Assembly: GCA_964513145.1 (NCBI GenBank)
Contig: CAZELK010000001.1
Location: forward strand, 128,001 to 192,000
Direction of reading: 5' to 3'
DNA length: 64,000 bases
Source of the DNA: Candidatus Woesearchaeota archaeon
GTDB lineage: Archaea > Nanobdellota > Nanobdellia > SCGC-AAA011-G17 > JACPIM01
Positions 38,157 through 47,785 of the stretch are shown here, one piece after another. A model generated the notes under the pieces. It ran no database searches, was not told the origin of the DNA, and worked only from the letters and a program-made list of their open reading frames with translations. The stretch's first letter is position 1; the number at the start of each line of letters is the position of its first letter. The translations under genes and the position numbers were made by a program.

Positions 38157-38474
38157 TTAATGGAAATAATGATTTCTTTTATCTATTTTTTTTATTTTCT
38201 TTTTAAATAAATTATATTTGTGTACTAATTTTGTTATCTTATAAGCTGCAAACCCAGCAAATAAAATTCCTAATATTTTTAAAAATAAATATTCAAAAAA
38301 TTTCAGCATTAAAAACCCCAACCCTACAACACCCAAAAAAACATTTATTTCTGCCAATAATGTTCTTTGTTTTGCAAGAATTGTCCTTTCTAAATCTAAT
38401 TCTGCTTTTATATGGCTTTTTTCAAGAAGTCTTCTTTTAACATGATTTTCTATTAAGTTATTATTGTCTATCAT
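38157..38474 (-). CDS. DUF202 (YidH-like) membrane protein
   Basis: LERTILAKQRTLLA followed by two TM segments. Confidence 0.7.
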   Translation of the reverse strand: MIDNNNLIENHVKRRLLEKSHIKAELDLERTILAKQRTLLAEINVFLGVVGLGFLMLKFFEYLFLKILGILFAGFAAYKITKLVHKYNLFKKKIKKIDKRNHYFH

Positions 38475-38791
38475 GTTTTTTCAAATAGTCTTCATATTTA
38501 AAAAGTTATATAATTTTAGTAGTTGTTCACCTTTCTGAAGTTCATCATCAAAATAATGGTATTAGGAAGCTCACAATTGAAAAAGATTAGTTTTTGTTTT
38601 TCGTAGTGGCAATTTTACTGAATTGTCTTTTATTCAAAGTTTTTAATGTTTATAGACAAATTAACCTCAGAATACTGAATAGATACTGATTTTAATATCC
38701 AGACCTGGAAGGATTTGAACCTCATTATTAAGTTGTAGCTTTTGGCTGTTAGCTTTTAGGATTTTATTTTTCATATTGACCCCCCGAGTTT

Positions 38792-39355
38792 TTATTCTAA
38801 ATGTTTTATACAATTCATTAAATGAACTTTATTTTTATTATTCTTAGAAATTTCAAAAATGCTTACGCAAGTGTTAAATTGAGGAATTTTTGTTTTATCT
38901 TCAGAATCTAAATTTAGAATAACTCTAATTAAGGATTTATTTATCGCATTATGTCCAACAAGTAAAACTGTCTTATCTTTATATTTTTTATAGACTTGTG
39001 ATAAAAGCTTTTTAGCTCTTTTATACAAATTTTTTCTGCTTTCAACATCAGAAGGCATATTCTCCCAATCAACTTCATTTGTTTTTTTACCAGAATAACT
39101 ACCGTGATACATTTCTTTTAATTCATCAATGAAATTTATTTTTATTTCTTTATGATATTTTGCTATTACAAGTGCAGTTTTTTTCGCTCTTGGATAAGGA
39201 CTCGAAAATATTATTTCTATCTTTTCGTTTTTTAATCTTAAAGCAAGCTTATTTATTTGTTTTAATCCTTCTTTTGAAAGTTTTCCTTCTGAACCTTCTA
39301 GAATACCAGCTTTATTGCCTTCAGTTTCTCCGTGCCGAACAATAATTAATTTCAT
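38792..39355 (-). CDS. histidine phosphatase family protein
   Basis: LIIVRHGET, SSPYPRAKKTA, LLVGHNAIN. Confidence 0.92.
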   Translation of the reverse strand: MKLIIVRHGETEGNKAGILEGSEGKLSKEGLKQINKLALRLKNEKIEIIFSSPYPRAKKTALVIAKYHKEIKINFIDELKEMYHGSYSGKKTNEVDWENMPSDVESRKNLYKRAKKLLSQVYKKYKDKTVLLVGHNAINKSLIRVILNLDSEDKTKIPQFNTCVSIFEISKNNKNKVHLMNCIKHLE

Positions 39356-39515
39356 TTTTAATTTATCTTTAATAATTCTTCTGTATTAATTATTTTAAAT
39401 TCTTTCTTATTATTGAAATCAGAATCGTTTGTCCATATATACTCACAATTTAATGCTAAATAACAAGCAACATAAGTTATATCTTCTTTCATAATTTCTT
39501 TTGCTTTTTCCAAAT

Positions 39516-40007
39516 TTATTCATCTTCTTCTGGTTTTTCAACTTCTTTCAATTTTAATTCAATTTCTTTTTTTAAGCTATTTATGTATAAATCTAACTGC
39601 AATTGTATTTCTCTCCAGTCTTTATAGGTTATCAATTTTCCATAATATAAACTTCCATTTCTTATAGTTCTTATTTTTTCAAAAAATTTCCAATCAAATT
39701 CTAATTCAATATGCTTTTCACACAAATATGTAAACAAACATTCATGAGTTCTTACTTTAATTTTATCAAAAATTAGAAAGGCTTCAACTAATAAATGCAA
39801 AATATCATAATTAATTTTAAAAATTGCATTCCATTGATTGCTTTCTTTTTTTGCATTTTTTATCCATTCATTATTTGATTCTAAATCTGCTGAAGCGGTT
39901 TTAAGCATTGATTTTATTTTTTCCATATCTGTATCTATTAAAGGTATAAAAGAACCTTCTTCTTCACACGCCTCATATATATTTTTTTGTGTTCTTTCTT
40001 TATACAT
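39516..40007 (-). CDS. HEPN domain protein (toxin partner of MNT)
   Basis: Helical HEPN fold with IRNGSLYYG; directly downstream of MNT; GAGGT RBS before the ATG at 40007. Confidence 0.75.
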   Translation of the reverse strand: MYKERTQKNIYEACEEEGSFIPLIDTDMEKIKSMLKTASADLESNNEWIKNAKKESNQWNAIFKINYDILHLLVEAFLIFDKIKVRTHECLFTYLCEKHIELEFDWKFFEKIRTIRNGSLYYGKLITYKDWREIQLQLDLYINSLKKEIELKLKEVEKPEEDE

Positions 40008-40548
40008 AGGCAACCTCTAAAAAATTTAAATTACCTTTTATCTTATATCCTGCGATTATATTTTTTAGTAATCCCAAAGGCAAATTTTGCAATTCTTTTT
40101 TATTCTCATAAGAAAATATTTGTATTTCTCTGTGTAATTTCTTTCTAAATTCGCCTTCTTTAAATCCTTCAGAACTTCCTAGGATAAATAAGTCTATGTC
40201 ACTATCTTTATACCAATCCCATCTGCTTAAACTTCCAAATAATATTACTGTTTTAGCTTTTGGTAATTCTAATAAATGTTTTAGGAAACCAGTTTTGTTT
40301 AAATTTTCCAAAGCATATAGTCTTTTATTATTTTGGTAATTAGGACTTTCATAATTTGCAACATAATAAGGCATTTTATTTTTTGGTTCTAACTTTTTAA
40401 TTAACTCTTCTTTTAAAAATTTCTTTAACCAATTATTTAATTGAGGCCTACTTATTTTAGCTTCCTTAATTAATTCTTCAAAATGCCAATGCTTAGTTGG
40501 ATATTCATAAAATAATTTTATTATATTTTCTTCTTTAGCTTTTACCAT
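40000..40548 (-). CDS. HTH-fused minimal nucleotidyltransferase (MNT)
   Basis: HFEELIKEAKISRP HTH; LFGSLSRW....SDIDL. Confidence 0.88.
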   Translation of the reverse strand: MVKAKEENIIKLFYEYPTKHWHFEELIKEAKISRPQLNNWLKKFLKEELIKKLEPKNKMPYYVANYESPNYQNNKRLYALENLNKTGFLKHLLELPKAKTVILFGSLSRWDWYKDSDIDLFILGSSEGFKEGEFRKKLHREIQIFSYENKKELQNLPLGLLKNIIAGYKIKGNLNFLEVAYV

Positions 40549-40700
40549 TAGTTATGTTAATACTAACTATTATTTAAAGTCTTTGTTTTGCAGTGATTAG
40601 CTTCAAAAGATGGTTCTGATAAATCTATTGATTTATAGTTATTATTTATTAGTAGTTAAAATAGAAAGATTTTTAAAAACCGAAATTGAATTCTTTTATA

Positions 40701-41189
40701 ATGAAAGACGTAATTTATAGAGGAACTGTATTATCTAATGTTAAAGATAGACTTGTTCTACTTTCTGGACTTAAAGAAATTTCATATTTATATCCAGATA
40801 AATTTACTTTAGACCCTGATGGAGCTGTAGGTTACGCGTATGAGCATTTTGTGAAATCTGGAAAGGATCGGTCCAATCCACCTTGTATTTTGGCTTTAAA
40901 TGGAAGTTATGCTAAATCTAGCTTTTCTGATGGGGATTATGGAGTTTATATGCCAGAGGATGCAGTACCTTTAAACGAAAATGGTTTAATGGTAATAAAC
41001 CCTTTAAATAGGGGTGGTTTGGAATTGCTATTTGATTTAATTAGAAAGAGGTCACATCCGAAATTTAAAGAGAAGATTAAACGGACTTTACCAGGAAGAT
41101 CTTTAAAACAAAAATTAGAATTATATATAGAACATCTGTTTTTTCTTACATTAAAAAAATTAGAAGAGGAATGGAAAAAAAGTTCCTAA
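40701..41189 (+). CDS. hypothetical protein
   Basis: ORF inside the tRNA-Arg islet; ATG at 40701 follows a TTTAAA promoter-like box. Confidence 0.55.
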   Translation: MKDVIYRGTVLSNVKDRLVLLSGLKEISYLYPDKFTLDPDGAVGYAYEHFVKSGKDRSNPPCILALNGSYAKSSFSDGDYGVYMPEDAVPLNENGLMVINPLNRGGLELLFDLIRKRSHPKFKEKIKRTLPGRSLKQKLELYIEHLFFLTLKKLEEEWKKSS

Positions 41190-41228
41190 ATTTTTCAATT
41201 TAAGATTAGACTTTGGAATAGAAAATTC

Positions 41229-41303
41229 CGGGCCTGGAAGGATTTGAACCCTCGACCTTAGCATTAGGAGTGCTACGCTCTATCCAAACTGAGCTACAAG
41301 CCC
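41229..41303 (-). tRNA. tRNA-Arg(CCU), intronless
   Basis: GGGCTTG/CAGGCCC acceptor, TAGCA-CTCCTAA-TGCTA anticodon arm. Confidence 0.96.
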
Positions 41304-41338
41304 TTAAATAGAAAAAACAAAATTAAAATTATATAAAT

Positions 41339-44300
41339 TTATGCCCTTAGTTCTATTTTCTTGCCTTTATCAACTGCTTTTAGTATATCCCTTCCAAAAT
41401 TACTTTTTTTATGTATTTTAATCTCACCTTTTTTAGAAGAAATAGCAGTAAGCAAAAATTCGTTTTCAATAAAAATCTCCACATCCTTATTTTCTTCTGT
41501 AAATATTCTTATTAACTTGTTTTCTTCCTGTATTTTGAAGGGTATTGTTTTTCTGTCTTTTTTTATTTCTCTTACTTCAATGCCTATTCCGAGTTTGTTT
41601 TCAATTTTTTCTATAGTTTTTCCTTGTGCCCCGATAACTCTAGAAATATTTTCTGCTGGAATATAAATTACAGCCCTGTTATCATTTAGCATTTCAACTT
41701 CAACTTCACTTACATAATTTAGTAATTCTTCTTTAATTGATTTCTCAGCTAATTTATCTTTGGCGCCTCTCTTTTTTTCTTTAGAAATTGGAATTACAAC
41801 AGTTTCTTCACCATAACTGTAGATTTCATATTCTAATTTGTCAATCTCAAAATCTCTTACCTCAACTATTGGTCTTGCTAAGTCAGATTCTGTCATGCCT
41901 GTTGGTACTTTTACCAGCATTTTCAAAGTATAAACTTTGGAAATTTTTCCTTTGTCTATATATAATATGGTGTCAACAACACTAGGTATCATGCCAGTAT
42001 CCAATCTCCTGATAAATCTCTGTACAGCATCTATAGGAGTTGCTGAATGTAAAACCCCGATAACATTTGACCCAGCTAATCTTATGTCTATATATAATTG
42101 AAAGTCTGGTGTATCTCTCATTTCATCAAAAATAATATAATCTGGTCTTGATAAAAACAAGATATCATGAATCTCTTCGCTGTTTGTAAAATTTTTAGAA
42201 TACTGAGTTATGTTCTCATTTAATTGCAGATCTCTTGGAGATTCAACTGTCTTTGTTATCTTTCCAGATTTGGAATAATCTTCTGCTAATGCTTGGGCAA
42301 TTGTTGAATTGTGAACTATAAATGGCACATCTCCTGCTAAGAAATTATGAGTATTTTCAACCTCTATATCGAATACTTCTTTTTCTTCTTTTATTTCCTC
42401 TCTTCCTATCACTTTATCCCACTGTATATACTCTGAAGAAGCTAACTGTATCATGGCCAAATCATTTATGCTAATTTCATTAGTAATTTGTGGTATAATT
42501 AAGGAAATCATTTTTCGTGTTTGTTCATGAGAAAAATCTCTTTTTAAAAATGGGTATTTTATGTGCAATTCTTCTCTTAAATTTATTTTATTTAATAAAT
42601 AGCCAATTGGAATAGTATCTTTATTTGGACTTCCAGCTTTATTGTTTTCTAAATATCTTCTAGCTTGCCATTCTTTTTCTATTAAACTAATTTCTTCTTG
42701 GAATTTTTTTACATTATTATATCTGTAAATATATAGGATATAATACGGTTTGTTATTGATTATCTTTTTTCGAATTGAAGATTGTATATTGAAATTTAAT
42801 AAGACTAATTGTGTATCTTTTATTAAACCAATACTGGCACTAGAAATCTCTATTCCTTTTTCTTCATGAACATAACTTTCTGTATCAAAATAGGCTCTTA
42901 AAAATGAAGCCATTTCTAATTTAGTTGAATTTAAAATTAATTTAGGTATTCTATGATATGTTGCTCTTTTTTTAGAATTTAATAATGAAATATCTAAACA
43001 CCTATTCAAGAAAATTTCTATTGTCTTTCCTTTATCAGTATAAACATCAGTTCCTTTTCTTTGTTTATTTACATCTATATCAAATATGTTTTTTGATAAA
43101 TCAACAAATCTTTTTTGACAAAATTTACTGTCAGTACTAATTCCATATTTAGTTAAACATTCGCCTATGTAGTATCCCAATAGTTCACAAATTTCTTGTG
43201 TTAAAAATCTTGGGGGTTTTATTGGTTCTGACTTATGCCAAGTTCCAAAATGAAGTATTTTATCTGTAATTTCATATATTTCTTCCTTTGTCAAATATTT
43301 TTTTAAAGTTTTTAATGGAATTAACTCTTCTTTTTTTAATTTTATTTTGTCTTTTGCTAAATTATATATAAATTTATCTTGTTTTTTTCTTAATATAATT
43401 CCTTCCTTATTTAATTGTAATAAAAGTACTCTTATCCAACCAGAAGTTGAATTTAATTCGTTATTAATATCTATCTGTTTACAATTTTTTGTATTTTTTA
43501 TAATTGTTATTATTTTGCTTTTTAATCCTAATAAAACTTCTTCAATTGGAATTTCTATATTTAAATCTTCTTTTAATTTGACTAGAAATTTTTCTTCGGG
43601 CAGTAAATCTACCCAATCTATTACTTGTAAACTACCCTCATTATTTAATTTTCTTACAGTTGCTATCCTATTTCCCAATATTAATTCTTTAGCATTCACC
43701 CATTTTGGTATACCATCTTTAAACGATAAAACTGGATGTTCGGGTGTTAATTCTATTTCTTTTCCAAAATTAGTTTTTATCTTTATTGTTTTACTTTTTC
43801 TTGTAAATTTATTTATAACTTTTTCATGGGTTATTTGACAATTTTTATTATATGTTAAAACTACGTCATTAATATTTACGTTTTCAATGTTTTTTATTAT
43901 GTTATTTTTTAGATAAATTTTTGTTCCTTTTGGCAGACATTTACCAGAACCAGTCTCGCCAGCAATAATAACTCCCCTTGCTTGTTTTAATTTTTTTAAC
44001 AGTTCTTCATTAATTTTATACTCTTCTAAATCAAGTTTCTTGATCGGTCTTACAACAGTTATTTCCCAGCCATCAGAAACAGGAGGTTTGACAATAACAA
44101 TTCTGTAATTTTTATATTGTACAATTGTAGAGCCTCTTCTCGATATTTCTATGAAAGATTCTTCATCTATTCTTGATCTTTCTATTATTTCTTTTACTAA
44201 TTCCTGTATTTTTTCGCTTGTTAAGATTTCATCGCTTATTTTCTCAAGCTTCCATTGTCCAGGAAAGCCTTTCTTTCCAAATGGAAAACATTTTTCTTTT

Positions 44301-44740
44301 AAATGAATAGACATAGTAGTATCATCAAAGAAACTTTCAATTTCTATTTTTTCTGTTAATTCTTTTGGTGCTAAATAAATAACTTCTAATCCAAAAGCCT
44401 TGCCAGATTCTGCTTGTACTTTGTCAGCAGTTATCAAAATAGCCTTTTCTTTATTTGCTATGTCTCTGATCAATGCATCAATCTCACCAGATTTAGCAAA
44501 CTTAATTTGGGTTTCATTAGCTCTTTCCCCTACAAATTCTATTTTTAGATTTAATTTTCTAATTTGTTGAATTTCTTCTAATCCTATAAAGCCTATTTCC
44601 TGGCCTTTATTCGCCTGGTTTTCTAATTCTCCCACTACTGCATTCGGGATTAAAATAGTTCCATCTATTTTTTTTTCTTTGTAAAACTGAGTAACTGCTT
44701 TTTCAATTACTGCAGATGTGTCTATAACATATTTTTTCAT
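41339..44740 (-). CDS. PINA-type PIN-ATPase-KH protein containing an intein
   Basis: VIDTS PIN start, GETGSGK|S Walker A, VESPRDL, IFDEMR, GVLH, VIGAQG KH motif; extein 589 aa. Confidence 0.88.
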   Translation of the reverse strand: MKKYVIDTSAVIEKAVTQFYKEKKIDGTILIPNAVVGELENQANKGQEIGFIGLEEIQQIRKLNLKIEFVGERANETQIKFAKSGEIDALIRDIANKEKAILITADKVQAESGKAFGLEVIYLAPKELTEKIEIESFFDDTTMSIHLKEKCFPFGKKGFPGQWKLEKISDEILTSEKIQELVKEIIERSRIDEESFIEISRRGSTIVQYKNYRIVIVKPPVSDGWEITVVRPIKKLDLEEYKINEELLKKLKQARGVIIAGETGSGKCLPKGTKIYLKNNIIKNIENVNINDVVLTYNKNCQITHEKVINKFTRKSKTIKIKTNFGKEIELTPEHPVLSFKDGIPKWVNAKELILGNRIATVRKLNNEGSLQVIDWVDLLPEEKFLVKLKEDLNIEIPIEEVLLGLKSKIITIIKNTKNCKQIDINNELNSTSGWIRVLLLQLNKEGIILRKKQDKFIYNLAKDKIKLKKEELIPLKTLKKYLTKEEIYEITDKILHFGTWHKSEPIKPPRFLTQEICELLGYYIGECLTKYGISTDSKFCQKRFVDLSKNIFDIDVNKQRKGTDVYTDKGKTIEIFLNRCLDISLLNSKKRATYHRIPKLILNSTKLEMASFLRAYFDTESYVHEEKGIEISSASIGLIKDTQLVLLNFNIQSSIRKKIINNKPYYILYIYRYNNVKKFQEEISLIEKEWQARRYLENNKAGSPNKDTIPIGYLLNKINLREELHIKYPFLKRDFSHEQTRKMISLIIPQITNEISINDLAMIQLASSEYIQWDKVIGREEIKEEKEVFDIEVENTHNFLAGDVPFIVHNSTIAQALAEDYSKSGKITKTVESPRDLQLNENITQYSKNFTNSEEIHDILFLSRPDYIIFDEMRDTPDFQLYIDIRLAGSNVIGVLHSATPIDAVQRFIRRLDTGMIPSVVDTILYIDKGKISKVYTLKMLVKVPTGMTESDLARPIVEVRDFEIDKLEYEIYSYGEETVVIPISKEKKRGAKDKLAEKSIKEELLNYVSEVEVEMLNDNRAVIYIPAENISRVIGAQGKTIEKIENKLGIGIEVREIKKDRKTIPFKIQEENKLIRIFTEENKDVEIFIENEFLLTAISSKKGEIKIHKKSNFGRDILKAVDKGKKIELRA
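42308..43939 (-). mobile_element. intein (544 aa) with LAGLIDADG-type homing endonuclease domain
   Basis: Starts CLPKGT after the Walker A Lys; block B LTPEHP; block F VFDIEVENTHNF; ends IVHN before Ser; LLGYYIGE and FLRAYFDTES endonuclease motifs. Confidence 0.93.
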
Positions 44741-44887
44741 TTCCGTAAGTTTTTTAAACTCCTTAATTTATTATTTCATAACTTAGTCTAAGTAGAATTC
44801 AAGCTTACTTGGGCTAAGTCAAAAGAGTATTTAAAACTTCTGTTTCACTACAAAAATTAATTTAAACAAGAGATTTCTAGTATATTT

Positions 44888-45466
44888 ATGCTGATTATTG
44901 GTTTAACAGGAACATTAAGTTCTGGAAAAGGGGAAGTTGGAAAATATTTGGTTGAAAAAGGATTCACATATTTTTCTTGTTCAGATGAACTAAGGATAGA
45001 AGCTAAAAAATTGGGTTTGGAAGAAACTAGAGAAAATTTAGGTGTAGTTATCGGAGACAAACTAAGAAAAGAGTTTGGAAAAGGAGTTTTAGGAAAAAGA
45101 ATTTATGAGAGAATTTTAAAAAATAATGTAAGCTTAGCTGTAGTCGACAGTCTCCATTTAATAGAGGAAGTTAATGAATTAAAAAACTCAGGTAATTTTT
45201 ACTTAATTTTTGTTGACGCACCAATTGAAATAAGATTTAAAAGAGCTTTGCAAAGAAAAAGAATCACCGACAATATAAGTTTACAAGAATTCAAAAAAAC
45301 TGAAGATAAAGAAAGATTTGCTAAAGGAACATTGCAGAAAATGCAGGATTGTTACGATGCTGCAGACTTTAAAATAATAAATGAAAGCAATTTAAATGAC
45401 CTGCATAAAAAAATTAGTGAAATTTTAAATAAAACTCAGGTTAATTTGTCAACTTCATCTAAATGA
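44888..45466 (+). CDS. P-loop nucleotide kinase (dephospho-CoA kinase-like / UPF0200)
   Basis: IIGLTGTLSSGKG, SDELR, VDAPIEIRFKR, ADFKIIN. Confidence 0.75.
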   Translation: MLIIGLTGTLSSGKGEVGKYLVEKGFTYFSCSDELRIEAKKLGLEETRENLGVVIGDKLRKEFGKGVLGKRIYERILKNNVSLAVVDSLHLIEEVNELKNSGNFYLIFVDAPIEIRFKRALQRKRITDNISLQEFKKTEDKERFAKGTLQKMQDCYDAADFKIINESNLNDLHKKISEILNKTQVNLSTSSK

Positions 45467-45720
45467 TAAGTTTTTCTGCAATCTGAAAAAGAAAAGCAGA
45501 AACCATCTTCTGTTGTTATAAAATAATCTTCAATACTATACTCTTCAAGCCTGCCTTTTCTGTGAAGTGCATAAATCTGTCTTTTAATCTTAGCCTCTCC
45601 AATTGTTTTAATTGGTGGCAGCTTGGTTAATTTTTTTATGTCAATTGCAAGTCTTTCTAGTTCCGAACTTAATAAACCCTCATCAGGCAAAAAGACTTTC
45701 ACCTCAATTATCTCTGACAT
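45436..45720 (-). CDS. hypothetical protein
   Basis: 94-aa ORF. Confidence 0.5.
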   Translation of the reverse strand: MSEIIEVKVFLPDEGLLSSELERLAIDIKKLTKLPPIKTIGEAKIKRQIYALHRKGRLEEYSIEDYFITTEDGFCFSFSDCRKTYHLDEVDKLT

Positions 45721-45821
45721 TTTCTTAGAACTTACTAATTAGATTTAAAAACTATTTGTATATTCGGATTTATCTTTAGTTAAACACTAAAAAATATAAA
45801 TACGTAATATCTAGTAACTTT

Positions 45822-46145
45822 ATGGATGAAAGTGACCTTTTTAACAGCGTTTCAGACCAGCTAAGTTCTGAAGAAATGGAGATTCTTAATTTACATTATG
45901 AGTTATGGTTCGAGAGACAACTAAGAGAGCAAGACAAAGAACGTTATGAAAAAGTAATTAAAAAATTAAGGGATAATAATTTGCCAAATTATTTAAAAAA
46001 ATCACTCGGTTATTCTAAATTAGAAAGATCTATAAAAAAAACTAAAACAGATTTTAATGAATTAGGTATAAAAACTGATAATACTTTATTTTGGGTTTGT
46101 GCTGTTTATGATGTTGTTGAATCATTATTATCAAGAAAATATTAA
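45822..46145 (+). CDS. hypothetical protein
   Basis: 107-aa ORF. Confidence 0.5.
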   Translation: MDESDLFNSVSDQLSSEEMEILNLHYELWFERQLREQDKERYEKVIKKLRDNNLPNYLKKSLGYSKLERSIKKTKTDFNELGIKTDNTLFWVCAVYDVVESLLSRKY

Positions 46146-46852
46146 ATATTTCTTAAGAAAACTAAAAAAGCAGTATGTGCTATCATTTGTGATTTGGGCC
46201 GTACTTTTAATCCTTCAACATACCATTCCCTCTCAATTAATTCAACAACTTTTTCAAGAATAAATTTATTTTCAGCATTTTTTACAAGCTCAATTACTTG
46301 GGATATTGTAGGCAGATAAGCAACTAAAAAAGAGCCATTTCTTAAGCTTTTTTTTGCATGATCTATAACTCTCCATGGTTCTGGAAGATCCAAAACAATT
46401 AAATCTAAATTTTTTTCATCTATTCCTTCATAAATGTCTCTGGATTTTATTTTTATGTCTAAGCCAAGTTCTTTAAAATTCTTCTTGGCTATGTCTAGAA
46501 ATTCGGGATTTTTTTCATAAGTTGTTATATTTGGAGTTATTCTTCCTAAAAATGAAGTTAAAAAACCAGAACCAGTTCCAGCATCAACAATTTTGCTGTT
46601 CCTGTGAACTCCGGTACTTGCTATTATGTACCCAATATCCTTTTTTGTTATTATTGCCGGCCCTCTTTTTAATTTCTCTAGTTTATCAATAAAATTTGCT
46701 TCAAATATTAAAAATTCTTTATTAATATGGGATTTTATTTTTCCTGTTTTGTTTTTTAAATCATCTTCTTTTATTAGACCCAAATAAGTGTGTAAATCTC
46801 CACTAGACCAGTAATATCTGTTGCCTTTTTCATCAATTATTACTTTTTTCAC
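46142..46852 (-). CDS. trmI: tRNA (adenine-N1)-methyltransferase TrmI/GCD14 family
   Basis: KRGPAII..KD, DAGTGSG, LDLPEPW, AYLPT, MIAHTAFL. Confidence 0.93.
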   Translation of the reverse strand: MKKVIIDEKGNRYYWSSGDLHTYLGLIKEDDLKNKTGKIKSHINKEFLIFEANFIDKLEKLKRGPAIITKKDIGYIIASTGVHRNSKIVDAGTGSGFLTSFLGRITPNITTYEKNPEFLDIAKKNFKELGLDIKIKSRDIYEGIDEKNLDLIVLDLPEPWRVIDHAKKSLRNGSFLVAYLPTISQVIELVKNAENKFILEKVVELIEREWYVEGLKVRPKSQMIAHTAFLVFLRNI

Positions 46853-46930
46853 TTAGGAAGTTTATTTTCTAACTTATATAAAACTTCTCAAAAAGATAAT
46901 CTTTATAAAACGCCTTTTTGTCGTTTTATT

Positions 46931-47209
46931 ATGTTTAAGGCATTTAGGGATCTGGAAAAAGAAAGAACATTGCCTAAAGAATTAAGACCAAATATTCAGG
47001 CTTATTGTCCTGGATGTAAAAAAGAATCTGATTTTATTTATATTGGCTGTAATAATGAGATTTATAATTTAATTACACCCAAAGCCATTGAAATTTTGGG
47101 GAGTATAGATGCATTTATTGAAAGATACGGGAATTGTTACCAATTATATGATTGTTCTGGGTGTCATAGTTCTCAAACTTTAAAAACCTTAACAAACCCG
47201 AGAAAATAG
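46931..47209 (+). CDS. small zinc-ribbon protein
   Basis: CPGC...CSGC. Confidence 0.6.
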   Translation: MFKAFRDLEKERTLPKELRPNIQAYCPGCKKESDFIYIGCNNEIYNLITPKAIEILGSIDAFIERYGNCYQLYDCSGCHSSQTLKTLTNPRK

Positions 47210-47251
47210 AAATAATAATATTTAAAAATTAAGTTCTTGTTATATTAGAGC

Positions 47252-47785
47252 ATGGATTTTGTTTTAAGAAAAGAGTTTAGTGACAATAATAGGGTTTATG
47301 TTGATTTGGTAAGCCCTAAAAAAATTAGTGAAGTAAAAAAAATAAGCCCATCAAATAAAATTATTGTGATTAAAACAACAAATGATGATATAAGCAGGAG
47401 TTGTTTGGAAAATAAAAACATTGATATTTTATTGGGCCTTGAGTCATGCAATTCAAGGGATTTTATTCATTATCGAAATTCAGGCCTTAATCAAGTTCTC
47501 TGTAAGCTGGCGAAAAAAAATAATGTTGCAATAGGCTTTAGCTTTAATGATATATTAAACAATGAAAAAAAAGAAATTGTTCTGGGAAGAATGATGCAAA
47601 ATGTTATGCTTTGTAGAAAGTATAAGCTAAAAATTGTGATTGGAAGTTTTGCAAGTAAGGACATAGAAATAAAAAACAAGAGTGAGTTAATGAGCTTTGG
47701 AAAAGTTATTGGCATGAATGGGTCAGAAATCAGGCAAAGTTTAAATTTTAAAAAGAAAGAGGGATTAATTAAAATAATAAAATGA
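47252..47785 (+). CDS. rnp3: RNase P protein component 3 (Rpp30)
   Basis: DFIHYRNSGLNQVLCKLAKKNNVAIGF, MMQNVMLCRKY, IVIGSFA. Confidence 0.88.
   Translation: MDFVLRKEFSDNNRVYVDLVSPKKISEVKKISPSNKIIVIKTTNDDISRSCLENKNIDILLGLESCNSRDFIHYRNSGLNQVLCKLAKKNNVAIGFSFNDILNNEKKEIVLGRMMQNVMLCRKYKLKIVIGSFASKDIEIKNKSELMSFGKVIGMNGSEIRQSLNFKKKEGLIKIIK

Larger units (their letters stand above)
38704..41250. mobile_element. tRNA-Arg-anchored islet bounded by an 18-bp direct repeat
   Basis: CCTGGAAGGATTTGAACC at 38704-38721 and 41233-41250 (tRNA T-arm/acceptor); carries phosphatase, HEPN, MNT and a hypothetical gene. Confidence 0.72.
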
